This document shows positions 1-12,985 of a stretch of DNA of 64,000 nt, one piece after another. The translations under genes and the position numbers were made by a program. The stretch comes from Podarcis bocagei. Its lineage: Eukaryota. The notes under the pieces are model-generated. The model did not search any database and was not told the DNA's origin. It worked only from the letters and a program-made list of their open reading frames with translations. Positions within the stretch are counted from its first letter, which is position 1. Every line of letters begins with the position of its first letter. The DNA lies in assembly GCA_964188305.1 (NCBI GenBank), contig OZ076890.1; one strand, written 5' to 3'.

Positions 1-828
1 ACAGCAAAAGAGTGAGTCAGTTTTCTGATTGATTTACACCCATCTTTAATTCCTAGAAAGGAGGAATAACCAAAACACTTTCTTTATATAGGCTGGCAGA
101 GGAAACAAGCACAACCCATATATATATTTAAAACACCCTCTACCTTTATAGCTTAAGGGCTGGTTTGTGGTGAGTAGCTTAAGGCCATGCCTATAACAGC
201 CATATGGATAGGCAAGACACAAGAACTACTGTTGGTATAGGGGGGTAGACTTGGGGAAGCTCATTATCTTGGCCTGTTTTGGCTCCCAAAGGTGATGAGA
301 GACTTGTGCCATTGACTTCAGTAGGAGTCATAGCAAGTTGGTATGAATCTGGAAATCTCCCTGTTAGTGATGGTGTTGGTGAGTTCAGCTTGTGAACTTT
401 TTAATGATTGGTTCTTCATACTGAATAGCCTTCCTTGATACTCATTTTACAAGCTAATCTGATCTTGGAGAATTGCTTTATCAATCTTTTGCATGGCGGT
501 ACTTAGAACTCTGCAGTGTTGCAGAATGGAACTTTCTAGACAAAAACAATTAAGCACATTAAAAGTTCAATGCATAATAATCCTATCTTAGCAACAGGTG
601 TTGGCTGTTTCTGATGAAAAGCTCTGAGACTCCTTAACTTATCTACACTTTCAAGGGGTTAGACAAAAATCCAGTATTCAATACATTCATAGTATAAATA
701 CAAATCCATGTTTGATGTTAGGTCTGAATGAGGTCACTGTGACAGACATTGCTGAATGTGTTCTAGCTGTGATCCTGGTATGCGTGTTGGCTTTGGTCAT
801 GTTACCTTCTGACGACAATATGGTGTAT

Positions 829-961
829 GGGTGGGGAACCTGTGGCCCTCCAGATGTTGCTGGCCTACAACTCACATAATCTCTGACCATTGGCCATGCT
901 AACTGAGGCTGATGGGAATTGAAGTCCAGCAACATCTGGAGGGCCACAGGTTCCCCACCAT
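829..961. mobile_element. Palindromic MITE (hAT-like non-autonomous DNA element)
   Basis: ~34-bp terminal inverted repeats GGTGGGGAACCTGTGGCCCTCCAGATGTTGCTGG / CCAGCAACATCTGGAGGGCCACAGGTTCCCCACC. Confidence 0.8.
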
Positions 962-1827
962 GAACTTATTAGTCGTGGCGCCTGAGTTGGAACTTCCTGC
1001 TTAAGACATTTCATCTTTCAGTTTCCTTGCTGACTTTCAGGAAGACTTTATTTCAAAGAGCTTTAGTCTGAACTTTTCCAGCTGAAAAACTGATGATGAT
1101 GCCTGTGTATATTTTGATAGATTTTACTTATTGTTTGATTTCTTAATGTTGAAAACCAGTTTTGTTGCAGATTGGTGCAGAACTTTAATGATAACTTTTA
1201 ACTCATTGAGCTTCCATTTACAAACACCAACATTCCCAAAGTTGATAGCCTTCATATGACCATATACTGTGATAATGTGTTATTGCAAGTGATGATTCAG
1301 CAAACTGGGGAAATTTCGTGAAGCAAATAAAGCTTCATCTTGCTTAATAATTTTGTATTCTGTGAAAGGAACAGATCTTTGTGTTGCCTTGCATCTTTTT
1401 GCAAAGAGTAGTCTGGCAATAGAGTTTGTTTCTGCAGATTTTACTGAGTCATGTTTTAAGGTGTATAGAGTTAACATCTTAAATACTACAGCTTATAGTA
1501 ATATTAGGAGTTTATTTTCTATCACAGCATCACATTGCAGAGGTCCAGTTCCATCATAACAGTGGAACCATGGTTAAGCATTCAAGAGTAGGCCACAAAA
1601 CCATGCAGACCTTCCTGCTGTAATTCAGTTATTCCTAATCTTGGTTAAAATTAGCATAGTCTGCTTGTAAATTAATGTTGAGAACCCATTTTTAGTCCCC
1701 TTCTGCGATGCCAGTCAGATGGAGAAGACAGATATGGTTAGATTATTTGCAAACATTTCCTAGTGACATTGGAATGTACTATGGTTACTGTGCAGTGAGT
1801 GAGTGTGTGAAGAGAGTTGTTTTTAGT

Positions 1828-2100
1828 GCAGGGATGAAGAGCCTGTGATTCTGCAGATGATGCTGGACTACAATTCCCATTATCCCTAACCATTGGCCAG
1901 ACCAAAAGCCAATCTAATCCAGCATTTTGTTCTCTCAGTGAGCAACCAGATGTCTATGGCAAGCCAACAAGCAGGGCATGAGTGCAACAGCACGCTACCA
2001 TATGCTTTTAAACTATAACTATCATCCCTTCTGACCACTGGCCATGTGGGCTGCAGCTGGTGGGAACTGTAGTCTAACACCTGTAGCAGGCTACCCCTGT
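1828..2100. mobile_element. Degenerate copy of the 829-961 MITE family, interrupted by another repeat fragment
   Basis: cagatgatgctggactacaattcccat...ctgaccactggccatg...tgggaactgtagtc motifs shared with 829-961. Confidence 0.55.
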
Positions 2101-5100
2101 GTTATGTATGGTCATGCTACATACATGATGATTGGGCTCACATGATCCCCTCTTCTCCTCTGATGCAGTTCTGAGGGGAAGATTAGAAGTACCTGTTTCT
2201 TCAAAACTTAACAGAATTCCTTGTTAATGTCTGAATTTTGGGATCTCTGGTTATTTTGAACTATGGTTAGTGAACTAGCAGTTTAATCCTGGCTTGTTTG
2301 AACTAACTAGAGTTGCACAAGTGTGAACATAATGGGGATCTCTTTGCTTGTTTAAAAGTAATTCCCATGTGGAGAGGAGGAGAGGGAATGAATAGTGTGT
2401 GAGCCTTAGGTTCACGGGCAACGATCGAAAGAGAGATGGTGCCATTGTAGGTGTTCTGGGAAGGTGTCTTTGTGTTTTGTGGGTTGGCAGCATGTCAGCT
2501 CTGTCGTGTACTTTGACAAATGGAGATTCATACTATTAATGCCTGAGTATTTATAGTCTTCTCAGAGGACTCAGTTATCATGTAGGAAACCACTTGTTTG
2601 AAACAAGCCAAAATGTATCACTTCAACGAGAAGACTTGCTTTCATGTCTTCTTTCAGATGTCTTACATTATGGTGTGCGGGGTGTGATTTTCACAAGTAT
2701 GGGTATAAAACAAGTGACTTCCCACCTGAAAGCTTGAGATTGTACTAAAGCATGAGAGGATTATGCATAGCTGAATTGGCCCTGAAGATGGTCAGCTGAT
2801 GATCTTGAGCAGGTAGGCAACTGACCTAGACTTTTAGCCAATAGCTGTACAGAGAGACCGTCGTAATCTTCAATCACCCCCTTTCCCCTACCCCGGATGA
2901 CTGACTTCTACATCTTCTCTCTGTTAAACCATTCCTTCAAATTCCCCACTCCAAAAAGCAAAGTTGGCCTTATCTTTAGAGAAGCTTTCGGATGCCAACA
3001 TTTGAGGGTGGGAGCAGGAAAGAGCAATGACATCAAATCCATTAGTCAATTTTTAGTACAGTTGCCAAAGAAAATGTTTTTTAACATACTTTGGGGGAAA
3101 TTGTGTGAAGGATCCAACTGTAGATGAAATAAATGTAGGCCATTCATTTACAGAGTAATCAGAGTGGGAATATTCTGGCAGAATTATGCAACAAAGATTC
3201 TTTCCAATTGCCACTAAATTGGAAGCCTCTGAGTTATTAATAATTATTGTACATTTATGCAGTCTTTGTGTCTACCCCAAAATGAATAATGCATAGATTT
3301 AACCAACTCTCTCCACAATAAAACACTTTGAACTGGTCTATATGTTAACTTGCACCACAGACCCAGTAGACCTGGGGCAAATTGTCCATACAGCCCAACT
3401 GTATTGTGAAGTCAGACTCATTGTTTGACTTGAGGGTGTCATGTTGTGAATTTCTCTTTTCCAATTCATCATGAGTGGCAACCATGGTGGAGCACAAAAA
3501 TATATAGTTTGGTGCACAAACAACCCCCTTAATGGATAGTCAGATTCCATTATAAAGTCAGTGCTATTTCTTTCCAAGTTCTGGAGCTCTTGCAAGTAGG
3601 CTTAGATAGGGTGTTACAAATGAAAAACAAATAATGATGTTACATTAAAAAAAAAAACTTAGCTGGTCAACCCTGCTTTATGATTTGGGGTACTAAAGGC
3701 CATGAAAAGCACCTCAAGTTTAGGCTGAGAAAGTTTAGAAGGGTAGAAAAGGTAACTGAAGTACCCATGTAAATAATTCTTGGTAAAAAAAGGGTTTGGG
3801 TTTTTTTAAACAGAAAAACCTTGAGGAAAGTCTTGAGGAAAGAGAAGGTGGAGTTTGGGCAAACATCCAAAATGAAAACCATCTTTCAAGGAGGATAGAA
3901 TTTCTTGACCAAATCCCCAGTGCAAGAACTGTAACGATCAAAGGAATAGTTTCACCCTTCATCTTTGAGTTAGATTCCTCCTTTGCAGAACTGATGGTGA
4001 GAAGACCTCATTGACCTTCTTCCCCAGTCCTTTTGGGTGGGATCTTTGCTGCTCCCAAAGTGTTTCCCCTTGCAGTGACTCCTCCTTGGATACTTCCTTT
4101 TTTCCAGTGTGATGTGCATAACAGCTGTCTGGATCACAAACAATTGCTGTTTCACTGTTCTGTTTCTCTAGGGTTGACATTAGAGAAATAAGGTGATAAC
4201 CATGCAGCATTTTACTCATTTAAAATCTGTAGGAATTATTTTTTTAATGTTCAAATGCTCTCAATTTCAACATGGAGAACATGGATCACTCATCCTATTA
4301 ATATAGTAAAAGGTCCTAGGTGGTACCTTAGGCTGCAGTTAGTGTGATTGTTTTCACTCTTTCAACCCTGGGATCCATCGCAAACACCAATCTGTAACAT
4401 GAAGTCCACTTTCAATGTTTTATCTTGTTTGTTACTCTTCCTTTTATTCTATCTGACTGTTTACATTTGTGCTGCTTGCTTTCTTACACTCACTGATTCA
4501 TCCAAAGGAGGTTGTGGTACTGCAGTTACAACTTACCTTAATGCCAACCAGTTGAAGACTAAAGTACAGAATATTCAAGGAATGAGAATGCACAACCACA
4601 CATCACTAATTCTCAAAGACCTGGACAGCCTTGACTGATATTGATAAGAAAAGTACATGACAAATGGAGGCTGTAGATGGCTTGCCTCAATTTAGTTGTT
4701 CTTGTTATTATTATTTATTTCATTATTATACCGCTTTATATTTTAAAGAAAAAACTCAAAGCGGTTTAAAGCATCAAATGAAACAATCCAGAATAAAACT
4801 TGGCAGAAGAAAGTCAGATAGAAAGAATGCATTCAAGGAAACATAATTAACAAAAATTAAACTTTTATCTTGAAAGATTTCAAAACAAAACATTACCAAG
4901 AAGATCAAGCACAGGATGTGCATTTAAGGCAGCAAGAACAAATTATCTTAACATTTCGAGATAAAACATTACTCAAGGAAGTCAAATGTAAAATGCGCAT
5001 TTGAAACAGCATTATCAGCAAGAGTATTATCTTAAGCAGAGGACATATCTGTTGCTGTTGCTGCCAATCCTGCCAATGGCGGTTCATGGCAGCCAGCGGC

Positions 5101-6796
5101 TGTGGAAGCTCAGGCTCGATGACCTGGGTCTGCACTAAGAGACAGCCAAGAGACAGTTCTGTCTGCGAGCAGCATGTTTTGCCTGTGAAGTGCCTCTAAT
5201 TCTGCTGCTTGGAGAGGGGAGGAAGAGTACCCGGAGAGTTGGCTTCTTCTGATGACTCCTGATTCATCCTGGGTTTGTGGGAAACTCAACCCTCTTGTTT
5301 TCAGCCACAGGAATGATCCTCTGAGACAGTTGTCTGTGTTCCTGGCTCTTGGGTGTGGGGCAGGATGTGTGCCAGTTCTGCTCTGTTCTTGGATGACAGT
5401 GGCTAGAAGTAGGATGCAAATAAGGAGAAGCAGAACAGAGGCGGGATGGTGGTGGAGTGAGAATTGTAAGCTGCTGAATTCTAGCTGTAGGGGAAGGAAG
5501 GATCATATGGGCAACGGCTGGTCTCTTGTGGCCTCTTTGATCCTGGCTTCAAGACAATCTGAGATCTTCTGAGCAAAATCTCTCCTCTCTGTTATTTCCA
5601 ACTTCTTTCTATAGGATATTCAGCATACAGTAACCTCTTCTCCTTCCTTTGTTTCCCCTCCCCTCTCTTCTCTCCTCATACAAGCTTCTTCTCCCCTCCC
5701 TCCCTTTAAATCTTCTTGGCAGAAGTTGAAACACACAATGAGCTTGGACCAAGATGAAACTAGTTGTGGAGTGTGTTGGGCAATGAGATTCATTTGTTCT
5801 GAACCTTGAGGAGAGAAGGCGGGTAAAGGAAAAGGAGGAAAGAGAGATGACCCTCCCCAGATTGGGCCCAGTGCCAAAAATGTGTTTTACTTGGAAAAAG
5901 AAAGTTTTGACGTTATCCTGGAGTTAACTCTTTCGCCACCCGTAATAAAAGGACCATTTGACAGAGCAGCAGACATCTTACTGCCCTCCTAAGGGCCCTA
6001 TAATAAACTCTGACTTAACTGTTGTACCACATTAGTTAGGATTGCCATACTTATTTTGATAGGCCAAAACCTTTAGGAGTACTGTACTTAGCAACTAGCA
6101 GCCATCATCAAGGATACTGACAGCAAGTGGCATCCCTCAACTGAAGAGAAATGTGCATTTCTTTTTCAGAGAAACAGTTATGATTGTCACCATCTTTAAA
6201 AAGTCAGAGTTCTTCAATTAGAGATGAAATATCTGCTCTATGTTCCCTTCTTTACCACAGGCAACATGTTATTATGATCGCCTTTTAAATCAGTTCCTTT
6301 TCACTGCAATACCTCTAACCCTCCTCATTTGTACCATGAGGAAAATGTTATGCCTTGCTTCACAGAATGTAGGAAGTTTGAGCTGACTATTGCTGTTTAG
6401 ACAGATATTTTCATACCGTGACATGAACGGGATTGACAAGAGCCTTGCTTTTTCACTGCCAAGTAGCTGTTTTAATTGAAAAAAGGGGATTGCGGGGGTG
6501 AGGTGAGAGGAAAGAGGAAGAAAGATGATTAACACAGAAATGTTGTTGCTTGCAGCAACTGAATAATCACAGCAGCTGGCATTGGATTATGGCTTGCAAT
6601 TTGTATACTTTGAGTCATCACAAGGGCTTGATAAATTTTCTCCAGATGAGAGGAAAATGAATGTGGTGAAAGAGATGGTAGTGAGGACATCCATTTTCTC
6701 AGGAAAAAAGTCTATAGGAAGACAGCCTCATATCTGGATTCTAGGCCTCGTAGAGCTACCCAATTCAGCCTATTTCTTATTAGTCATTCACATTAA

Positions 6797-7193
6797 CCTG
6801 GTGTGCACATCACATTAAGCCATAGTTACAATAAACCAAGGTTTAACGTGAACAAAAGGTATGCTGGTGCATGCTTTTGAAATTAGGAGCCTTCTGAAAT
6901 TCCCCACCCTGATCCTGCTGCATGGTCTGGCTTGCTGTGTTGTCCAAACCCAGGCTCCTTGTTTGTGTCTCTCCGTGCTGTGAGCAGTAAGCCAAAAACA
7001 AACCTTGGCTTCTGTGAGTGGTTTGTTTGTAGAGAAACAAACCACAAACCCAGGTTCAGATAACATGACAAGACAGACCATAGCTTCTTTCCGCAGCAGG
7101 AGCCAAAGTGGAGCAAAGTGCCTACAATTTCAACTCATTCATGTTAAACCATAGTTTATTTTAACAGTGATTTAATGTGACATGTGACCCAGG
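6797..7193. mobile_element. ~400-bp palindromic non-autonomous DNA transposon (family also at ~26828-27130 and 32833-33249)
   Basis: Imperfect TIRs CCTGG..CACATCACATTAA; central TGGTTTGTTT...AAACAAACCA inverted core; same core recurs at two other sites. Confidence 0.65.
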
Positions 7194-8104
7194 CCACTGT
7201 GTTGAGGGAATAACGTGGCAAAGTGCATAAGTACAGCACTGGATTGTTGTTTTAATTCATGCATATTGACTAGGTGGTAGCAGTTGGGTGATAGGCTTTT
7301 GCTTTGAGCCCCACCTCCTGAGTTGGGTCATTGGCTTAAGACAAATTTGGCAAGCATAGTGACACATGAGCTTCTCCTAAGTACTGTTATAGCACCCGCA
7401 TCAGCAGGATTTCTAGGTAATGGGAGTTAATCACACAAACAATGCTCTGTATTTTGTTGGCCACCAGATATCTTGTTTGTCTCCATTTGTTTTTTTCAGG
7501 TTTTTTTTGCCATTACTGTACTATTTTGCAGTAGGTAGACAACACTGATGCCTGAGGGCTCATTTTATGTCAGTATTATATCACAGTTGGTCTTCATTAC
7601 AAGATATGTAGTTCAGTTGCACTGCTATAACTAGATTAGATTCGCTGCTGCCACAATAAATGCCAAGACCTCAATCCTCAAATTCGATAGCATATTCCAC
7701 TGAAATCAACAGGACATGATCATGGAGTGAATGTGCTTAGGGATGGTGTTTAAATTTAAACTAGGCCTCTTGTTCGTTTGACAAACATTTTCTCTTGGGT
7801 CTGTGATTTTGAGCTGGTTTATTTGATATATCCCTGTAAAATTATCCTGCTGTTTTTGTCTATACCAGCCTCTTACCACACTGCTTTGGTATGGTTGCTC
7901 CTTCCCTTAACCACAGTATTTTGTGTACACTGTAAATTGCTTTGTTTCCATTGTAAAAAGTAAACTGATCTGTCCTCCATTTCTTTGGTGCTATTGGACC
8001 TTCAGAGTACTAACACTTTGAATTCTGGAGATTAGCCAGTTGATTTTTTATTTTTTGAGAGAGAGAGAGAGAGAGTAAATAGTTTTACAAATAGTAAATC
8101 TGTA

Positions 8105-8200
8105 ACAGCACAATCCTGTACATATCTACTCAGAAGCAAGGCCCATTGAGTTTAATGGGGCTTACTCCCAGGTAAGTAGGGATACAGGATTGCATCCTGT
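8105..8200. mobile_element. Short palindromic repeat (caatcct...aggattg MITE-like family)
   Basis: CAATCCTGTA / TACAGGATTG ends; central gcccattga..taatggggc palindrome; degenerate relatives near 15190-15440 and 21585-21650. Confidence 0.6.
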
Positions 8201-9605
8201 CTCGGAAGTAGTTAATTCTTTAGTCTGCTTGTTAGCATCCACTATAATATAGATATAGATATGGATATAGATATGGTAGGAATTATTGTCACTGATTAAT
8301 GTCACCAATTCAACAAGACTATGTGTGAAATTCAGGTTGTCTTCTCTGTTCTGAGAAATAATGTACCAGGTTGATTTTTTCCATTATGACTCTCTTCTTT
8401 CTTAACCGTAATCTTATTTTGTAAACTAAGTACAGTATAACTCTTAGGGTTCCAGAATCATACCAGGACTTGGATCACTCTTGATCCACAGTGCAGTTAT
8501 TTTAATCTAAAACATCACTTCTAGTTTTGAACCCATAGAGGTATGAAGCTATTCATGAAAGGGTTTTTGGTGTATATGCTGGCGATTTCCCTGAAAATAA
8601 TACTTGGGTAGATGTTCTAGCAGAGAAGAATTTTTTATACTAAGCCTAAGATTAGGTAGAACTAATCTGGTTTTGCAGCTATCCGAAAACACATCTGCAA
8701 ATCTTTTGAGGAAGATTGGTCAGAATTATGGTTAGGGGTGGAAACCACATGGAACCAAGCCACCCCACAATGTTTCTACCCTGAACCTTGGAAAATACAT
8801 TGGAATGGGGGAAGGTGGAGTTCAGAGGGAGTGCAAGTTGACACATAGATTTTTCTTTTTTTAATGGTGGGAGACCCTTCTGGATCAGAATTACCACTTC
8901 TCTGACTCTTCTTCCTGTGCTCTGCTTTCTGAAAGCTGCATATATAATGTTTCAGACATATAGTAAAGGCAGGCTATATTGCAGCCAACAATGGCCTTTG
9001 CGGTGAGGAATAGCTTTGGACTGCTTGGGAAAACTTGATTCTAGCCTTGAAGATAAAAAGTAGATAATTGTGTTTTTAAATTAAGATGTGGGCATCAACT
9101 GAAACAGTAAAATGACTTGGAAGCAGGACAAAGGATTTGAGTTCATTGGGAGCTGAATGCATTGTTCTTTCTATTTTATACATATGTTTTTTTCTGACTG
9201 GTGTATAATTCCAACTGTCTTCCTTGCTCTTTTCTTCCTATTCCTTATTCCTTTTGTAAACAGAGCATACCAAATCCAGCTTCATTGCTGGCTATGCTCC
9301 ACGTGTTTGTTTTCTGTACACGTGCTGCTCTTGCCAACTCTGTTGGGCTTTGGCTGTTGAGAGGAGGAAGGCAGGATGGAGGGGTGGCAGAGTGACATGA
9401 GAGCAGGCTGCTGCTTTACAAATTCATATTTGTTTAAAGCTTAAAGGCTGCTTGAGAGAACTTTTGGAGTGAGGAGAAAGTAGAAGGGTGGGAATGGCGA
9501 AGAGGAGAATGTAAACTGTGTCAGCAGTAGCAAACTTTCCAGCTGGGGCCTGCTCCTGTTGCCTGCGTGAAGACAAGTACTTTTAAAGATCTTAAATCTC
9601 AGATA

Positions 9606-9847
9606 CATTGGTACCTCAGGTTACAAAAGCTTCAGGTTACATACACTTCAAGTTACAGACTCCGCTAACCCAGAAATACTAACTTGGGTTAAGAACTTTG
9701 CTTCAGGATGAGAACGAAAATCGGGCTCCGGCGGCACGGCAGCAGCAGGAGGCCCCATTAGCTAAAGTGGTGCTTCAGCTTAAGAACAGTTTCAGGTTAA
9801 GAACAGACCTCCGGAACGAATTAAGTACTTAACCTGAGGTACCACTG
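9606..9847. mobile_element. Tc1/mariner (Tigger/pogo-like) MITE
   Basis: TA|CA(T/G)TGGTACCTCAGGTTA ... TAACCTGAGGTACCACTG|TA; same family inverted at 33565-33790. Confidence 0.85.
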
Positions 9848-9896
9848 TATAGCACAAGTGGGGATGTCCTTGCCTACAATACAGCTTTTTAAGGTA

Positions 9897-10126
9897 CAGT
9901 GGTGCCCCGCAAGACGAACGCTTCGCAAGACAAAAAACTCGCTAGACGAAAGGTTTTTCTGTTTTCGATTTGCCTCGCAAGACGAATTTCCCTATGGGTT
10001 TGCTTCGCAAGACGAAAACGTCTCGCGACTTTGTTAAACCGTTAAAACCGTGCTTCGCAAGACGAAAAATTCGCTAGACGGCAAAACTTGCGGAACGAAT
10101 TAATTTCGTCTTGCGAGGCACCACTG
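9897..10126. mobile_element. Tc1/mariner (Tigger-like) MITE, second family
   Basis: TA|CAGTGGTGCCCCGCAAGACGAA ... TTCGTCTTGCGAGGCACCACTG|TA; internal iterations of CGCAAGACGAA. Confidence 0.88.
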
Positions 10127-10259
10127 TACTAGCCAACTAGTTTGCCTAAGCAGGGCATCCCCTGGCCTGCACCATATATGCACACCCACCCACACCAATT
10201 TCCTGTTTTTCTTTTCCAACTGATAAGCGGCATTCAGTGGTTTCTGTGCATGCTCAGAA

Positions 10260-10700
10260 ATGTTAACATGGTCAGAAAGCTTACATCTCATTTTGCAAGG
10301 CATGGGATACCCGGCACTCTGTTCTTGGACAATGGGCCACAATACGCCTCAGGAGAATTCAGAGTTATGCATTACATAGGAATTCCAGCGCAAGGCACTA
10401 TTCCATGGATACTCACAGAACAATGGGAAAGCAGAATCAGCAGTAAAGACAGCCAAAGCAAACAAGACCGCAGGGGATCCTTACCTGGCTTGATTGGAAT
10501 CACAGAAACACACCCTTTCAAGGAATGAACAGTAGCCCAGTTCAAAGACTGATGGGAAGGAGGATGGAGACATTGCTGCCCTTGGGGGACTATTTGCTAC
10601 AACCCCAGGGGAAATGGTGAGACAGTACACTTGGATTCCACAAAAGGAATGAGCTAAACAAGCAAAGTACAATGCACAAAACAAAGACAATGTATCACCT
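10260..10700 (+). mobile_element. Decayed Gypsy/Ty3 LTR-retrotransposon integrase fragment
   Basis: FARHGIP..FLDNGPQYAS.EF, then after frameshifts GYSQNNGKAESAVKTAK, DPYLA and NTPFQGMNSSPVQRLMGRR: rve DDE-domain signature peptides, with stops/frameshifts. Confidence 0.85.
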
Positions 10701-11700
10701 GGAACAATTGCACAGGCATGAAGCGGGAAGCTGGTACAACAACCAGCCCACCTGGATGACTATGGTGAAGGCTCCATCCACTGTGGTGTATTTGCTAGCA
10801 GCAACCTGTTGGCCAAACCAACTGATTAAGTTAATTGTCTGCTTTAACAAAGATGTAAATACATGTATAGAGTTCAGAAGTAAAGCTAGCAATAGCAGAG
10901 GGAGGAGTCTGAAGGAGAAACCGGAAGTGGGGAAGTACAGATAGGTGGAGATGGCAAGGAGAGAGCATCATGCTCTGTAACTGTTTTGTATGAAACTATT
11001 TTAATGAAGTACACAGTTATATGGGGAGTTGCTCCTTTGATTGCACAAACAGTGACACCTTAAGAAGCTCTAACTTGTTCTAGATGCTCTGTAAATATAT
11101 GGGGATTTAGTTTTCTTTCACCAGAAGGTGAAATGTTAAATTATCTGTCTCCACTGCTCAGTGGCCAAGAGATTATGGGCTATTATGAGATTTCAGGGAA
11201 ACAGAAGAGCCAACCTGTTCCAACTTGCTCTTATGGTTTTCTGAGCTAAAACAACTACTCAGCTTGTTTATGGTGCTCAGGTTTGGGAACTGGCTGTACT
11301 TCTTCAATAGACAGTATCCAGAATAAATATTTAAGATCACGTTTGTGCTGCTTTCTCTCCCAGTGTCATTTCTGAGGCTAGAAAACAGGTTTAAGTTCCT
11401 TGGAATGTAAAATCCAGAGGCTGCTTCTTAATTATTGGTTTAGGCTCACCAGAATGAATATTTCTAATGTAGCACATTTATGTTTTAGGGGATAGCCAAT
11501 TAGGAACCAGCGCATAAATCCTTGATCTGTGACAGAGGAGCACATTCAATAGGGTGGGGTTTTCTTACTCTTATTCATTATGGCCTCAGATGGAGCTCAC
11601 ATTACAGTTAGATTGGCTGGTAGATATAGAACATCAACATTATTTGTCCTATGTTGAGGGAGCCAAGATTTCCCATTGGTATATGAAAATGTTTAGTTGT

Positions 11701-11853
11701 GCTTGACATAGCTTAGTCAGTAGAGCATGAGACTCTTAATCTCAGGGTCATGGGTTTGAGCCTCACATTGGGCAAAAGATTCCTTCATTGCAGGGGGTTG
11801 AATTAGATGACCCTTGGGGTCCCTTCCAACTCTACAGTTCCATGATTCTATGA
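11701..11853 (+). mobile_element. SINE: tRNA-Lys(CTT)-derived head + CR1 3' tail
   Basis: 11701-11774 resembles tRNA-Lys-CTT (TAGCTTAGTCAGTAGAGCATGAGACTCTTAATCTCAGGGTCATGGGTTTGAGCC) with CpG decay; tail GATGACCCTT..GGTCCCTTCCAACTC..ATTCTATGAT is the CR1 terminus. Confidence 0.85.
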
Positions 11854-12689
11854 TCTCCTGTGATCTAATTACTAGGTATTGTAATGGCTAATGGCTAAGT
11901 AATAAATTTGAATCTGACCAGGGCCCCTAGAGGTTCATAGTTTGTAAGCAGAAAGGCTGAAAGGCTGCTCTCAGGCAGATTTGAGCAAAGCAGATGATTT
12001 CATCCTGGAGTATAGGGTGTTCAGGTCAAAAAGCAAGGCAATAATTGAAGAGATGCTTAAGTGGAGATTATCAATAAGACTTCCAGGCTGGGCAGGAAAA
12101 GTTAGGGATTCAGAGAGGGCCTGAATCTCAGTTCAGCAAAGTTTAAAGTTCACACAAGACTGAAAGCTGAGAAGATCCAAGTCGCTAAATGGTGAGGAGA
12201 GGCATATTGTTGAACTCGATGGATCACTGGATGTTCGCATCTCTGTCTCCAAGTGCAGTTTTTGGTTTGATTGGAGTATGTGTATGTTCCTACTCTAACC
12301 AGCTTTCATGGCAGCACAGGAAATAGAGAGCTCATGCTTGTTCCCCAAAGACCAAGGTTTGAAGCCTACAACATCTGATGTTATGCTGCTTCTATAAATA
12401 GCAACATTTGTCCACTCCAATGAACTAAGCCCCACATTAAAATGAACGTGCACTTAGTGTGATTACAGTCTTAATTAATTTGCAAATTATAGTCTCAATT
12501 AATTTGATATTCCCACATGTTCTTTCTTGCAATTGCACATAATTAAGCAATACACTTGCCTTATAGCTCAAGATTGCATTTGAGATTGGCTTTGCAGGAA
12601 AAATCCTATAGAGTATCTAACATAATTAAAATGAAGGTAATTGTGCCTTAATTTTTTTTATTTTAGGGAGTGCTTAATTTCATCATCAC

Positions 12690-12985
12690 CATTTTATTTG
12701 CGACCTTTCCATAGTTAAAACCATGCACAAAGTGACTTACAATATGAAAAAGGTACATAATTAAAGAATAGCCATAGACAATAAGTAAAACACATCAAAA
12801 AGTACACAAAATTGAACAACTTCCACATAAATCCTAAGAGCTTAATAACAGCAACATCCCCTGTTAAACAATGCCCAAGCCCAGTTTTCGAAGCTGGATT
12901 TAGTCAGGGCCCAGCCCTCCCAGGCCAGGTGGGAAAAGGCTAGCAAGGCAGGGAGCAAGTCATTCAGAACTCACAGCCAAGATGG
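12690..12985 (-). mobile_element. LINE-like (probably L2) 3' fragment; second copy at ~42020-42345
   Basis: Shared blocks ttcca.agtt.aaaccatgc.caa...ttacaa and ccctcccaggcca.gtgggaaaaggc..gcaaggcagggagca in both copies. Confidence 0.6.

Noticed and set aside
9897-10126. CRISPR-like periodic repeats
   Set aside because: Repeats are ~11 bp, irregularly spaced, and bounded by TIRs and TA duplication in a vertebrate intron: a MITE
11701-11774. Functional tRNA-Lys gene
   Set aside because: Acceptor/T-arm mutations (GGTTTGA), no poly-T terminator, fused to a CR1 tail: SINE head
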